DNA of 64,000 bases from Mobula hypostoma. Its lineage: Eukaryota. The stretch spans positions 9,672,001 through 9,736,000 of the forward strand of contig NC_086108.1 of assembly GCF_963921235.1 (NCBI RefSeq), read 5' to 3'. This document shows, piece by piece, positions 51,901-64,000 of this stretch. The notes beneath the pieces were generated by a model. The model saw only the letters and a list, made by a program, of their open reading frames with translations, was not told the origin of the DNA and searched no databases. Numbering within the stretch: position 1 is the first letter of the stretch; every line of letters begins with the position of its first letter. The position numbers were made by a program, and so were the translations under genes.

Positions 51901-54900
51901 AGTCTATAGTCATCACAGAAGGTGAGGTGGACTATAGTCATCACAGAGGGTGAGGTGCAGTCTATAGTTATCGCAGAGGGTGAGGTGGACTATAGTCATC
52001 ACAGAGGGTGAGGTGGAGTCTATAATCATTGCAGAACGTGTGGTGGAGTCTATAGTCATCGTAGAGGGTGAGGTGAACTGTGATCATCACAGAGGTTGAG
52101 GTGGAGTGTATCGTCATCACGGACGGTGAGGTGGAGCCTATAGTCATTGCAGAGGGCGAGGTGGACTAGAGTCATCACAGTCGCAGAGGGTGAGGTGGAG
52201 TCTATAGTCATTGCAGAGGGTGTGGTGGAGTCTATAGCCATCGTAGAGGGTGAGGTGAACTGTGATCATCACAGAGGTTGAGGTGGAGTCTATAGTCATC
52301 ACGGAGGGTGAGGTGGACTATAGTCTTTGCAGATGGTGATGTGGACAATAGTCACCACAGATGTTGATTTGGAGTCTATAGTCATCACAGAGGATGAGGT
52401 GGACTATAGTCATCACAGAGGGTGAGGTGGACTGTTGTCATCACAGAGGGTGATCTGGAGTATAGTCATCACAGAGGGTGAGGTGGACTGTTGTCATCAC
52501 AGAGGGTGATCTGGACTATAGTCATCACAGAGGGTGAGGTGGACTATAGTCATCACAGAGGGTGAGGTGGACTGTTGTCATCACAGAGGATGATGTGGAC
52601 TATAGTCATCACAGAGGGTGATGTGGACCTTAGTCATCACAGAGGGTGAGGTGGAGTCTATGGTCATCACAGAAGAGGAGGTGGACTGTAGTATTTGCAG
52701 AGGCCGAGGTGGACTATAGTCATCGCAGAGGGTGAGGTGCAGTCTATAGTCATTGCAGAGGGTGAGGTGGACTATTGTCTTTGCAGAGGATGAGGTGGAC
52801 TATAGTCGTGACAGTGGGTGATGTGGAGTCTGTAGTCATTGCAGAGGGTGTGGTGGACTAGAGTAATCACAGAGGGTGAGGTGGACTAGAGTAATCACAG
52901 AGGGTGAGGTAGACTACAGGCATCGCAGAGGGTGAGGTGGAGTCTATAGTCATCGCAGAGCGTGAGGTGGACAATAGTCATTGCAGACATGAAGTGGATT
53001 CTATAGACTTTGCAGAAAGTGAGGTGGACTATAGTCATCACAGAGGGTGAGGTGGACTATTGTCTTTGCAGAGGATGAGGTGGACTATAGTCGTCACAGT
53101 GGGTGCTGTGGAGTCTGTAGTCATTGCAGAGGGTGTGGTGGACTAGAGTAATCACAGAGGTTGAGGTAGACTACAGGCATCGCAGAGGGTGAGGTGGAGT
53201 CTACAGTCATCGTTGAGGGTGAGGTGGAGTCTATATTTATCACAGAGTTTGAGGTGGACTATAGTGATCGCAGAGGGTTTGGTGAACTTTAGTCATCACA
53301 GGGGGTGAGGTGGAGTTTATCGTCATCGCAGAGGGTGAGGTGGACTATAGTCTGTGCAGAGGGTGAGGTGGACTATAGCCATCACAGAGGGTGAGGTGGA
53401 GTCTATAGTCATCACAGAGGGTGAGGTGGACTGTTGTCATCGCAGAGGGTGAGGTGGACTATGGTCTTTGCAGAGGGTGAGGTGGACTATAGCCATCACA
53501 GAGGGTGAGGTGGAATCTATAGTCATCACAGAGGGTGAGGTGGACTGTTGTCATCACAGAGGGTGAGGTGGAGTCTAGAGTCATCATAGAGGAGGAGGTG
53601 GACTGTAGTCTTTGCAGAGGGTGAGGTGGACTATAGTCATCGCAGAGGGTGAGGTGGAATCTATAGTCATCACAGAGGGTGAGGTGGACTGCAGTCATCA
53701 CAGAGGGTGATGTGGAGTCTATAGTCATTGCAGAGGGTGTGGTGGAGTCTATAGTCATCGCAGAGGGTGAGGTGAACTGTGATCATCACAGAGGTTGAGG
53801 TGGAGTCTATAGTCATCATGGAGGGTGAGGTGGAGCCTATAGTCATTGCAGAGGGTGAGCTGGACTACAGTCATTGCAGAGGGTGAGCTGGACTACAGTC
53901 TTTGCAGATGGTGATGTGGAGTCTATAGTCATCGCAGAGGGCAAGGTGGACTATAGTCATCACAGAGGGTGATTTGGAGTCTGTAGTCATCACAGAGGAT
54001 GAGGTGGGCTATAGTCATCGCAGAGGGTGAGGTGGACTATAGTCGTCACAGAGGGTGAGGTCGAATATAGTCATCACAGAGGGTGAGGTGGACTATAGTT
54101 ATCACAGAGGGTGAGGTGGAGTCTATAATCATTGCAGGGCGTGTGGTGGAGTCTATAGTCATCGTAGAGGGTGAGGTGAACTGTGATCATCACAGGGGTT
54201 GAGGTGGAGTGTATCGTCATCACGGACGGTGAGGTGGAGGCTATAGTCATCGCAGAGGATGAGATGGACTATAGTCATCACTGAGGGTGAGGTGGACTAT
54301 AGTCATCGCAGAGGGTGAGGCAGAGTCTATAGTCATCACAGAGGGTGAGGTGGACAATAGTTATCACAGAGGGTGAGGTGCAGTCTACAGTCATTGCAGA
54401 GGGTGAAGTGGACTATCGTCTTTGCAGAGAGTGAGTTGGACTATAAACTTCACAGAGGGTGAGGTCGACTATAGTCAGCGCAGAGGGTGAGGTGGAGTCT
54501 ACAGTCATCACAGAGAGTGAGGTGGAGTCTATAGTCATCGTAGAGGGTGAGGTGAACTGTGATCATCACAGAGGTTGAGGTGGAGTGTATCGTCATCACG
54601 GATGGTGAGGTGGAGCCTATAGTCATTGCAGAGGGCGAGGTGGACTAGAGTCATCACAGTCGCAGAGGGTGAGGTGGAGTCTATAGTCATTGCAGAGGGT
54701 GTGGTGGAGTCTATAGCCATCGTAGAGGGTGAGGTGAACTGTGATCATCACAGAGGTTGAGGTGGAGTCTATAGTCATCACGGAGGTTGAGGTGGACTAT
54801 AGTCTTTGCAGATGGTGATGTGGACAATAGTCACCACAGATGTTGATTTGGAGTCTATAGTCATCACAGAGGATGAGGTGGACTATAGTCATCACAGAGG

Positions 54901-56934
54901 GTGAGGTGAACTGTGATCATCACAGAGGGTGAGGTGGACTATAGTCATCACAGAGGGTGAGGTGGACTGTTGTCATCACAGAGGGTGATCTGGACTATAG
55001 TCATCACAGAGGGTGAGGTGGACTATAGTCATCACAGAGGGTGAGGTGGACTGTTGTCATCACAGAGGGTGATCTGGAGTATAGTCATCACAGAGGGTGA
55101 GGTGGACTATAGTCATCACAGAGGGTGAGGTGGACTGTTGTCATCACAGAGGGTGATCTGGACTATAGTCATCACAGAGGGTGAGGTGGACTATAGTCAT
55201 CACAAGGGTGATGTGGACCTTAGTCATCACAGAGGGTGAGGTGGAGTCTATGGTCATCACAGAAGAGGAGGTGGACTGTAGTATTTGCAGAGGCCGAGGT
55301 GGACTATAGTCATCGCAGAGGGTGAGGTGCAGTCTATAGTCATTGCAGAGGGTGAGGTGGACTATTGTCTTTGCAGAGGATGAGGTGGACTATAGTCGTC
55401 ACAGTGGGTGCTGTGGAGTCTGTAGTCATTGCAGAGGGTGTGGTGGACTAGAGTAATCACAGAGGTTGAGGTAGACTACAGGCATCGCAGAGGGTGAGGT
55501 GGAGTCTACAGTCATCGCTGAGGGTGAGGTGGAGTCTATATTTATCACAGAGTTTGAGGTGGACTATAGTGATCGCAGAGGGTTTGGTGAACTTTAGTCA
55601 TCACAGGGGGTGAGGTGGAGTTTATCGTCATCGCAGAGGGTGAGGTGGACTATAGTCTGTGCAGAGGGTGAGGTGGACTATAGCCATCACAGAGGGTGAG
55701 GTGGAGTCTATAGTCATCACAGAGGGTGAGGTGGACTGTTGTCATCGCAGAGGGTGAGGTGGACTATGGTCTTTGCAGAGGGTGAGGTGGACTATAGCCA
55801 TCACAGAGGTTGAGGTGGAGTCTATAGTCATCATGGAGGGTGAGGTGGAGCCTATAGTCATTGCAGAGGGTGAGCTGGACTACAGTCTTTGCAGATGGTG
55901 ATGTGGAGTCTATAGTCATCGCAGAGGGCGAGGTGGACTATAGTCATCACAGAGGGTGATTTGGAGTCTGTAGTCATCACAGAGGATGAGGTGGGCTATA
56001 GTCATCGCAGAGGGTGATGTGGACTATAGTCATCACAGAGGGTGAGGTCGAATATAGTCATCACAGAGGGTGAGGTCGAATATAGTCATCACAGAGGGTG
56101 AGGTGGACTATAGTTATCACAGAGGGTGAGGTGGAGTCGATAATCATTGCAGGGCGTGTGGTGGAGTCTATAGTCATCGTAGAGGGTGAGGTGAACTGTG
56201 ATCATCACAGAGGTTGAGGTGGAGTGTATCGTCATCACGGACGGTGAGGTGGAGGCTATAGTCATCGCAGAGGATGAGATGGACTATAGTCATCACTGAG
56301 GGTGAGGTGGACTATAGTCATCGCAGAGGGTGAGGCAGAGTCTATAGTCATCACAGAGGGTGAGGTCGAATATAGTCATCACAGAAGGTGAGGTGGACTA
56401 TAGTTATCACAGAGGGTGAGGTGGAGTCTATAATCATTACAGGGCGTGTGGTGGAGTCTATAGTCATCGTAGAGGGTGAGGTGAACTGTGATCATCACAG
56501 AGGTTGAGGTGGAGTGTATCGTCATCACGGACGGTGAGGTGGAGCCTATAGTCATCGCAGAGGATGAGATGGACTATAGTCATCACTGAGGGTGAGGTGG
56601 ACTATAGTCATCGCAGAGGGTGAGGCAGAGTCTATAGTCATCACAGAGGGTGAGGTGGACAATAGTTATCACAGAGGGTGAGGTGCAGTCTACAGTCATT
56701 GCAGAGGGTGAAGTGGACTATCGTCTTTGCAGAGAGTGAGTTGGACTATAAACTTCACAGAGGGTGAGGTCGACTATAGTCAGCGCAGAGGGTGAGGTGG
56801 AGTCTACAGTCATCACATAGAGTGAGGTGGAGTCTATAGTCATCGTAGAGGGTGAGGTGAACTGTGATCATCACAGAGGTTGAGGTGGAGTGTATCGTCA
56901 TCACGGACGGTGAGGTGGAGCCTATAGTCATTGC

Positions 56935-59900
56935 AGAGGGCGAGGTGGACTAGAGTCATCACAGAGGGTGAAGTGGACTATACTTATCACAGACGGTGAG
57001 GTGGAGTCTATAGTCATTGCAGAGGGTGTGGTGGAGTCTATAGCCATCGTAGAGGGTGAGGTGAACTGTGATCATCACAGAGGTTGAGGTGGACTGTTGT
57101 CTTCACAGAGGGTGATCTGGAGTATAGTCATCACAGAGGGTGAGGTGGACTATAGTCATCACAGAGGGTGAGGTGGACTGTTGTCATCACAGAGGGTGAT
57201 CTGGAGTATAGTCATCACAGTGGGTGAGGTGGACTGTTGTCATCACAGAGGGTGATGTGGACTATAGTCATCACAGACGGTGAGGTGGAGTCTATGGTCA
57301 TCACAGAAAAGGAGGTGGACTGTAGTATTTGCAGAGGCCGAGGTGGACTATAGTCATCGCAGAGGGTGAGGTGCAGTCTATAGTCATTGCAGAGGGTGAG
57401 GTGGACTATTGTCTTTGCAGAGGATGAGGTGGACTATAGTCGTCACAGTGGGTGCTGTGGAGTCTGTAGTCATTGCAGAGGGTGTGGTGGACTAGAGTAA
57501 TCACAGAGGGTGAGGTAGACTACAGGCATCGCAGAGGGTGAGGTGGAGTCTATAGTCATCGCTGAGGGTGAGGTGGAGTCTATATTTATCACAGAGTTTG
57601 AGGTGGACTATAGTGATCGCAGAGGGTTTGGTGAACTTTAGTCATCACAGGGGGTTAGGTGGAGTTTATTGTCATCGCAGAGGGTGAGGTGGACTATAGT
57701 CATCGCGGAATGTGAGATGGACAATAGTCATCGCACAGGGTGAGGTGGACTATAGCCATCACAGAGGGTGAGGTGGAGTCTATAGTCTCTGCAGAGGGTG
57801 AGGTGGTCTATAGTCATCACAGAGGGTGAGGTGGAGTCTATAGTCTCTGCAGAGGGTGAGGTGGTCTATAGTCATCACAGAGGGTGAGGTGGAGTCTATA
57901 GTCATCGCAGAGGGTGAGGTGGACTATGGTCATCACAGAGGGCGAGGTGGAGTCTAGAGTCATCATAGCGGAGGAGGTGGACTGTAGTCTTTGCAGAGGG
58001 TGAGGTGGACTTTAGGCATCACAGAGGGTGAGGTGGACTACAGTCATCACAGAGGGTGAGGTGGAGTCTATAGTCATTGCAGAGGGTGTGGTGGAGTCTA
58101 TAGTCATCGCAGAGGGTGAGGTGAACTGTGATCATCACAGAGGTTGAGGTGGAGTCTATAGTCATCACAGAGGGTGAGGTGGAGCCTATAGTCATCACGG
58201 TGAGCTGGACTATAGTCTTTGCAGATGGTGATGTGGAGTCTATAGTCATCGCAGAGGGCAAGGTGGACTATAGTCACCACAGAGGGTGATTTGGAGTCTA
58301 TAGTCATCACGGACGGTGAGGTGCAGTCTATAGTCATCGCAGAGGGCAAGGTGGACTATAGTCACCACAGAGGGTGAGGTGGACTATAGTCACCACAGAG
58401 GGTGATTTGGAATCTATAGTCATCACAGAGGGTGAGGTGCAGTGTATAGTCATCGCAGAGGGCAAGGTGAACTACAGTCATCACAGAGGGTGATTTGGAG
58501 TCTATAGTCATCACAGAGGGTGAGGGGCAGTCCATAGTCATCGCAGAGGGCAAGGTGGACTATAGTCATCACAGAGGGTGATTTGGAGTCTATAGTCATC
58601 GCAGAGGGTGAGGTGCAGTCTATAGTCATCGCAGAGGGCAAGGTGAACTATAGTCATCACAGAGGGTGATTTGGAGCCTATAGTCATCACAGAGGGTGAG
58701 GGGCAGTCTATAGTCACCGCAGAGGGCAAGGTGGACTATAGTCGTCACAGAGGGTGATTTGGAGTCTATAGTCATCACAGAGGGTGAGGTGGACTATAGT
58801 CAGCGCGGAAGGTGAGGTGGAGGCTATAGTCATCGCAGAGGATGAGATGGACTCTAGTCATCACAGAGGGTGAGGTGGACGATAGTCATCACAGAGGGTG
58901 AGGTGCAGTCTACAGTCATTGCAGAGGGTGAAGTGGACTATCGTCTTTGCAGAGAGTGAGTTGGACTATAGACTTCACAGAGGGTGAGGTCGACTATAGA
59001 CATCGCAGAGGGTGAGGTGGAGTCTACAGTCATCACAGAGAGTGAGGTGGAGTCTATAGTCATCGTAGAGGGTGAGGTGAACTATAGTTATCACAGAGGG
59101 TTAGGTGGAGTCTATAGTCATTGTAGAGGGTGTGGTAGAGTCTATAGTCATCGTAGAGGGTGAGGTGAACTGTGATCATCACAGAGGTTGAGGTGGAGTC
59201 TATAGTCATCACGGAGGGTGAGGTGGAGCCTATAGTCATCACAGAGGATGAGGTGGGCTATATTTATCGCAGAGGGTGAGGTGGACTATAGTCATCGCAG
59301 AGGGTGAGGTGGACTGTTGTCATCACTGAGGGTGAGGTGGACTATAGTCATCACAGAGGGTGAGGTGTAGTCTATAGTCATTGCAGAGGGTGAGGTGGAC
59401 TAGAGTGTTTGCAGTGGGTGAGATGGACAAGAGTCATCGCAGAGGGTGAGGTGGACTATAGTCATCTCGGAGTGTGAGTTGGACGATAGTCATCACAGAG
59501 GGTGAGGTGGACTATCGTCATCACAGAGTGTGAGGTGGATTATAGTCTTTGCAGAGGCCGAGGTGGCCTATAGTCATCACAGAGGGTGAGGTGGAGTCTA
59601 TAGTCATCGCAGAGGGTGAGGTGGACTATAGGTATCGCAGAGGGTGAGGTGGAGTATTGTCATCACAGAGGGTGATTTGGAGTCTATAGTCATCACAGAG
59701 GGTGATGTGGACTATCGTCATCACAGAGGGTGAGGTGGACTATAGTCATCACAGAGGGTGATTTGGAGTCTATAGTCATCGCAGAGGGTGAGGTGGACTA
59801 TAGGTATCGCAGAGGGCAAGGTGGACTATAGTCACCACAGAGGGTGATTTGGAGTCTATAGTCATCACGGACGGTGAGGTGCAGTCTATAGTCATCGCAG

Positions 59901-62900
59901 AGGGCAAGGTGGACTATAGTCACCACAGAGGGTGAGGTGGACTATAGTCACCACAGAGGGTGATTTGGAATCTATAGTCATCACAGAGGGTGAGGTGCAG
60001 TGTATAGTCATCGCAGAGGGCAAGGTGAACTACAGTCATCACAGAGGGTGATTTGGAGTCTATAGTCATCACAGAGGGTGAGGGGCAGTCCATAGTCATC
60101 GCAGAGGGCAAGGTGGACTATAGTCATCACAGAGGGTGATTTGGAGTCTATAGTCATCGCAGAGGGTGAGGGGCAGTCTATAGTCATCGCAGAGGGCAAG
60201 GTGGACTATAGTCATCACAGAGGGCGAGGTGGACTAGAGTCATCACAGAGGGTGAAGTGGACTATACTTATCACAGACGGTGAGGTGGAGTCTATAGTCA
60301 TTGCAGAGGGTGTGGTGGAGTCTATAGCCATCGTAGAGGGTGAGGTGAACTGTGATCATCACAGAGGTTGAGGTGGACTGTTGTCTTCACAGAGGGTGAT
60401 CTGGAGTATAGTCATCACAGAGGGTGAGGTGGACTATAGTCATCACAGAGGGTGAGGTGGACTGTTGTCATCACAGAGGGTGATCTGGAGTATAGTCATC
60501 ACAGTGGGTGAGGTGGACTGTTGTCATCACAGAGGGTGATGTGGACTATAGTCATCACAGACGGTGAGGTGGAGTCTATGGTCATCACAGAAAAGGAGGT
60601 GGACTGTAGTATTTGCAGAGGCCGAGGTGGACTATAGTCATCGCAGAGGGTGAGGTGCAGTCTATAGTCATTGCAGAGGGTGAGGTGGACTATTGTCTTT
60701 GCAGAGGATGAGGTGGACTATAGTCGTCACAGTGGGTGCTGTGGAGTCTGTAGTCATTGCAGAGGGTGTGGTGGACTAGAGTAATCACAGAGGGTGAGGT
60801 AGACTACAGGCATCGCAGAGGGTGAGGTGGAGTCTATAGTCATCGCTGAGGGTGAGGTGGAGTCTATATTTATCACAGAGTTTGAGGTGGACTATAGTGA
60901 TCGCAGAGGGTTTGGTGAACTTTAGTCATCACAGGGGGTTAGGTGGAGTTTATTGTCATCGCAGAGGGTGAGGTGGACTATAGTCATCGCGGAATGTGAG
61001 ATGGACAATAGTCATCGCACAGGGTGAGGTGGACTATAGCCATCACAGAGGGTGAGGTGGAGTCTATAGTCTCTGCAGAGGGTGAGGTGGTCTATAGTCA
61101 TCACAGAGGGTGAGGTGGAGTCTATAGTCTCTGCAGAGGGTGAGGTGGTCTATAGTCATCACAGAGGGTGAGGTGGAGTCTATAGTCATCGCAGAGGGTG
61201 AGGTGGACTATGGTCATCACAGAGGGCGAGGTGGAGTCTAGAGTCATCATAGCGGAGGAGGTGGACTGTAGTCTTTGCAGAGGGTGAGGTGGACTTTAGG
61301 CATCACAGAGGGTGAGGTGGACTACAGTCATCACAGAGGGTGAGGTGGAGTCTATAGTCATTGCAGAGGGTGTGGTGGAGTCTATAGTCATCGCAGAGGG
61401 TGAGGTGAACTGTGATCATCACAGAGGTTGAGGTGGAGTCTATAGTCATCACAGAGGGTGAGGTGGAGCCTATAGTCATCACGGTGAGCTGGACTATAGT
61501 CTTTGCAGATGGTGATGTGGAGTCTATAGTCATCGCAGAGGGCAAGGTGGACTATAGTCACCACAGAGGGTGATTTGGAGTCTATAGTCATCACGGATGG
61601 TGAGGTGCAGTCTATAGTCATCGCAGAGGGCAAGGTGGACTATAGTCACCACAGAGGGTGAGGTGGACTATAGTCACCACAGAGGGTGATTTGGAATCTA
61701 TAGTCATCACAGAGGGTGAGGTGCAGTGTATAGTCATCGCAGAGGGCAAGGTGAACTACAGTCATCACAGAGGGTGATTTGGAGTCTATAGTCATCACAG
61801 AGGGTGAGGGGCAGTCCATAGTCATCGCAGAGGGCAAGGTGGACTATAGTCATCACAGAGGGTGATTTGGAGTCTATAGTCATCGCAGAGGGTGAGGTGC
61901 AGTCTATAGTCATCGCAGAGGGCAAGGTGAACTATAGTCATCACAGAGGGTGATTTGGAGCCTATAGTCATCACAGAGGGTGAGGGGCAGTCTATAGTCA
62001 TCGCAGAGGGCAAGGTGGACTATAGTCGTCACAGAGGGTGATTTGGAGTCTATAGTCATCACAGAGGGTAAGGTGGACTATAGTCATCGCAGAGGGTGAG
62101 GTGGAGTATTGTCATCACAGAGGGTGATTTGGAGTCTATAGTCATCACAGAGGGTGAGGTGGACTATAGTCAGCGCGGAAGGTGAGGTGGAGGCTATAGT
62201 CATCGCAGAGGATGAGATGGACTCTAGTCATCACAGAGGGTGAGGTGGACGATAGTCATCACAGAGGGTGAGGTGCAGTCTACAGTCATTGCAGAGGGTG
62301 AAGTGGACTATCGTCTTTGCAGAGAGTGAGTTGGACTATAGACTTCACAGAGGGTGAGGTCGACTATAGTCATCGCAGAGGGTGAGGTGGAGTCTACAGT
62401 CATCACAGAGAGTGAGGTGGAGTCTATAGTCATCGTAGAGGGTGAGGTGAACTATAGTTATCACAGAGGGTTAGGTGGAGTCTATAGTCATTGTAGAGGG
62501 TGTGGTAGAGTCTATAGTCATCGTAGAGGGTGAGGTGAACTGTGATCATCACAGAGGTTGAGGTGGAGTCTATAGTCATCACGGAGGGTGAGGTGGAGCC
62601 TATAGTCATCACAGAGGATGAGGTGGGCTATATTTATCGCAGAGGGTGAGGTGGACTATAGTCATCGCAGAGGGTGAGGTGGACTGTTGTCATCACTGAG
62701 GGTGAGGTGGACTATAGTCATCACAGAGGGTGAGGTGTAGTCTATAGTCATTGCAGAGGGTGAGGTGGACTAGAGTGTTTGCAGTGGGTGAGATGGACAA
62801 GAGTCATCGCAGAGGGTCAGGTGGACTATAGTCATCTCGGAGTGTGAGGTGGACGATAGTCATCACAGAGGGTGAGGTGGACTATCGTCATCACAGAGTG

Positions 62901-64000
62901 TGAGGTGGATTATAGTCTTTGCAGAGGCCGAGGTGGCCTATAGTCATCACAGAGGGTGAGGTGGAGTCTATAGTCATCGCAGAGGGTGAGGTGGACTATA
63001 GGTATCGCAGAGGGTGAGGTGGAGTATTGTCATCACAGAGGGTGATTTGGAGTCTATAGTCATCACAGAGGGTGATGTGGACTATCGTCATCACAGAGGG
63101 TGAGGTGGACTATAGTCATCACAGAGGGTGATTTGGAGTCTATAGTCATCGCAGAGGGTGAGGTGGACTATAGGTATCGCAGAGGGCAAGGTGGACTATA
63201 GTCACCACAGAGGGTGATTTGGAGTCTATAGTCATCACGGACGGTGAGGTGCAGTCTATAGTCATCGCAGAGGGCAAGGTGGACTATAGTCACCACAGAG
63301 GGTGAGGTGGACTATAGTCACCACAGAGGGTGATTTGGAATCTATAGTCATCACAGAGGGTGAGGTGCAGTGTATAGTCATCGCAGAGGGCAAGGTGAAC
63401 TACAGTCATCACAGAGGGTGATTTGGAGTCTATAGTCATCACAGAGGGTGAGGGGCAGTCCATAGTCATCGCAGAGGGCAAGGTGGACTATAGTCATCAC
63501 AGAGGGTGATTTGGAGTCTATAGTCATCGCAGAGGGTGAGGTGCAGTCTATAGTCATCGCAGAGGGCAAGGTGAACTATAGTCATCACAGAGGGTGATTT
63601 GGAGCCTATAGTCATCACAGAGGGTGAGGGGCAGTCTATAGTCATCGCAGAGGGCAAGGTGGACTATAGTCATCACAGAGGGTGAGGTGGACTGTTGTCA
63701 TCACAGAGGGTGATCTGGAGTATAGTCATCACAGTGGGTGAGGTGGACTGTTGTCATCACAGAGGGTGATGTGGACTATAGTCATCACAGACGGTGAGGT
63801 GGAGTCTATGGTCATCACAGAAAAGGAGGTGGACTGTAGTATTTGCAGAGGCCGAGGTGGACTATAGTCATCGCAGAGGGTGAGGTGCAGTCTATAGTCA
63901 TTGCAGAGGGTGAGGTGGACTATTGTCTTTGCAGAGGATGAGGTGGACTATAGTCGTCACAGTGGGTGCTGTGGAGTCTGTAGTCATTGCAGAGGGTGTG
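56935..64000 (+). repeat. ~3.3-kb higher-order repeat (two copies plus the start of a third)
   Basis: Offsets of 3,284 (56941/60225, 58019/61303, 58362/61646), then 3,370 (59060/62430, 59920/63290). Sequence from ~63660 again matches ~57150. Confidence 0.9.

Larger units (their letters stand above)
28601..64000 (+). repeat. Satellite array of interleaved 28-bp and 30-bp monomers (roughly 1,200 units in the window, continues beyond it)
   Basis: 28-mer agtcatc(a/g)cagagggtgaggtggactat and 30-mer agtcatc(a/g)cagagggtgaggtggagtctat. Single orientation throughout; no TE insertion seen. Confidence 0.98.

Noticed and set aside
28601..64000. Dozens of Ser/Thr/Pro/His-rich ORFs (MTIDSTSPSV..., HLTLCDDY...) resembling mucin or metal-binding repeats
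   Set aside because: They are translations of the satellite. 30-mers stay in frame and 28-mers shift frame, so short ORFs arise automatically. There is no long frame, splice structure or unique domain.
28601..64000. CRISPR-like array (28-30 bp repeats with a palindrome)
   Set aside because: Repeats are head-to-tail with no unique spacers, there are no cas genes, and the context is vertebrate.

Overview
Eukaryotic, repeat-dominated vertebrate DNA. The repeat complement (CR1, Rex1/Babar-like, L2-like, Tx1-like and Penelope-like retroelements, tRNA-derived SINEs) suggests a cartilaginous fish, but that is inference. Positions 1-24,100 are a mosaic of nested, decayed retroelement fragments with short unique islands; I recognise no intact host gene, only weak splice-site-based exon candidates. 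Positions ~24,110-28,600 hold a ~4 kb G-rich 37-bp minisatellite that appears to have amplified out of an L2-like LINE ORF2 segment. Positions 28,601-64,000 (running off the window) are an uninterrupted satellite of interleaved 28-bp and 30-bp monomers with nested higher-order duplications (88 bp, ~1.6 kb, ~2.5 kb, ~3.3 kb, 4,639 bp). The most striking structures are: (i) a 257-bp Penelope-derived fold-back element with hammerhead-ribozyme motifs on both strands and a 16-bp target-site duplication; (ii) two tandem arrays born from LINE ORF2 ends; (iii) the two-monomer satellite with a palindromic core. There is no CRISPR array, rRNA or functional tRNA gene, and nearly all listed ORFs are TE remnants or repeat artefacts. 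Family assignments come from recalled motifs, not database searches.
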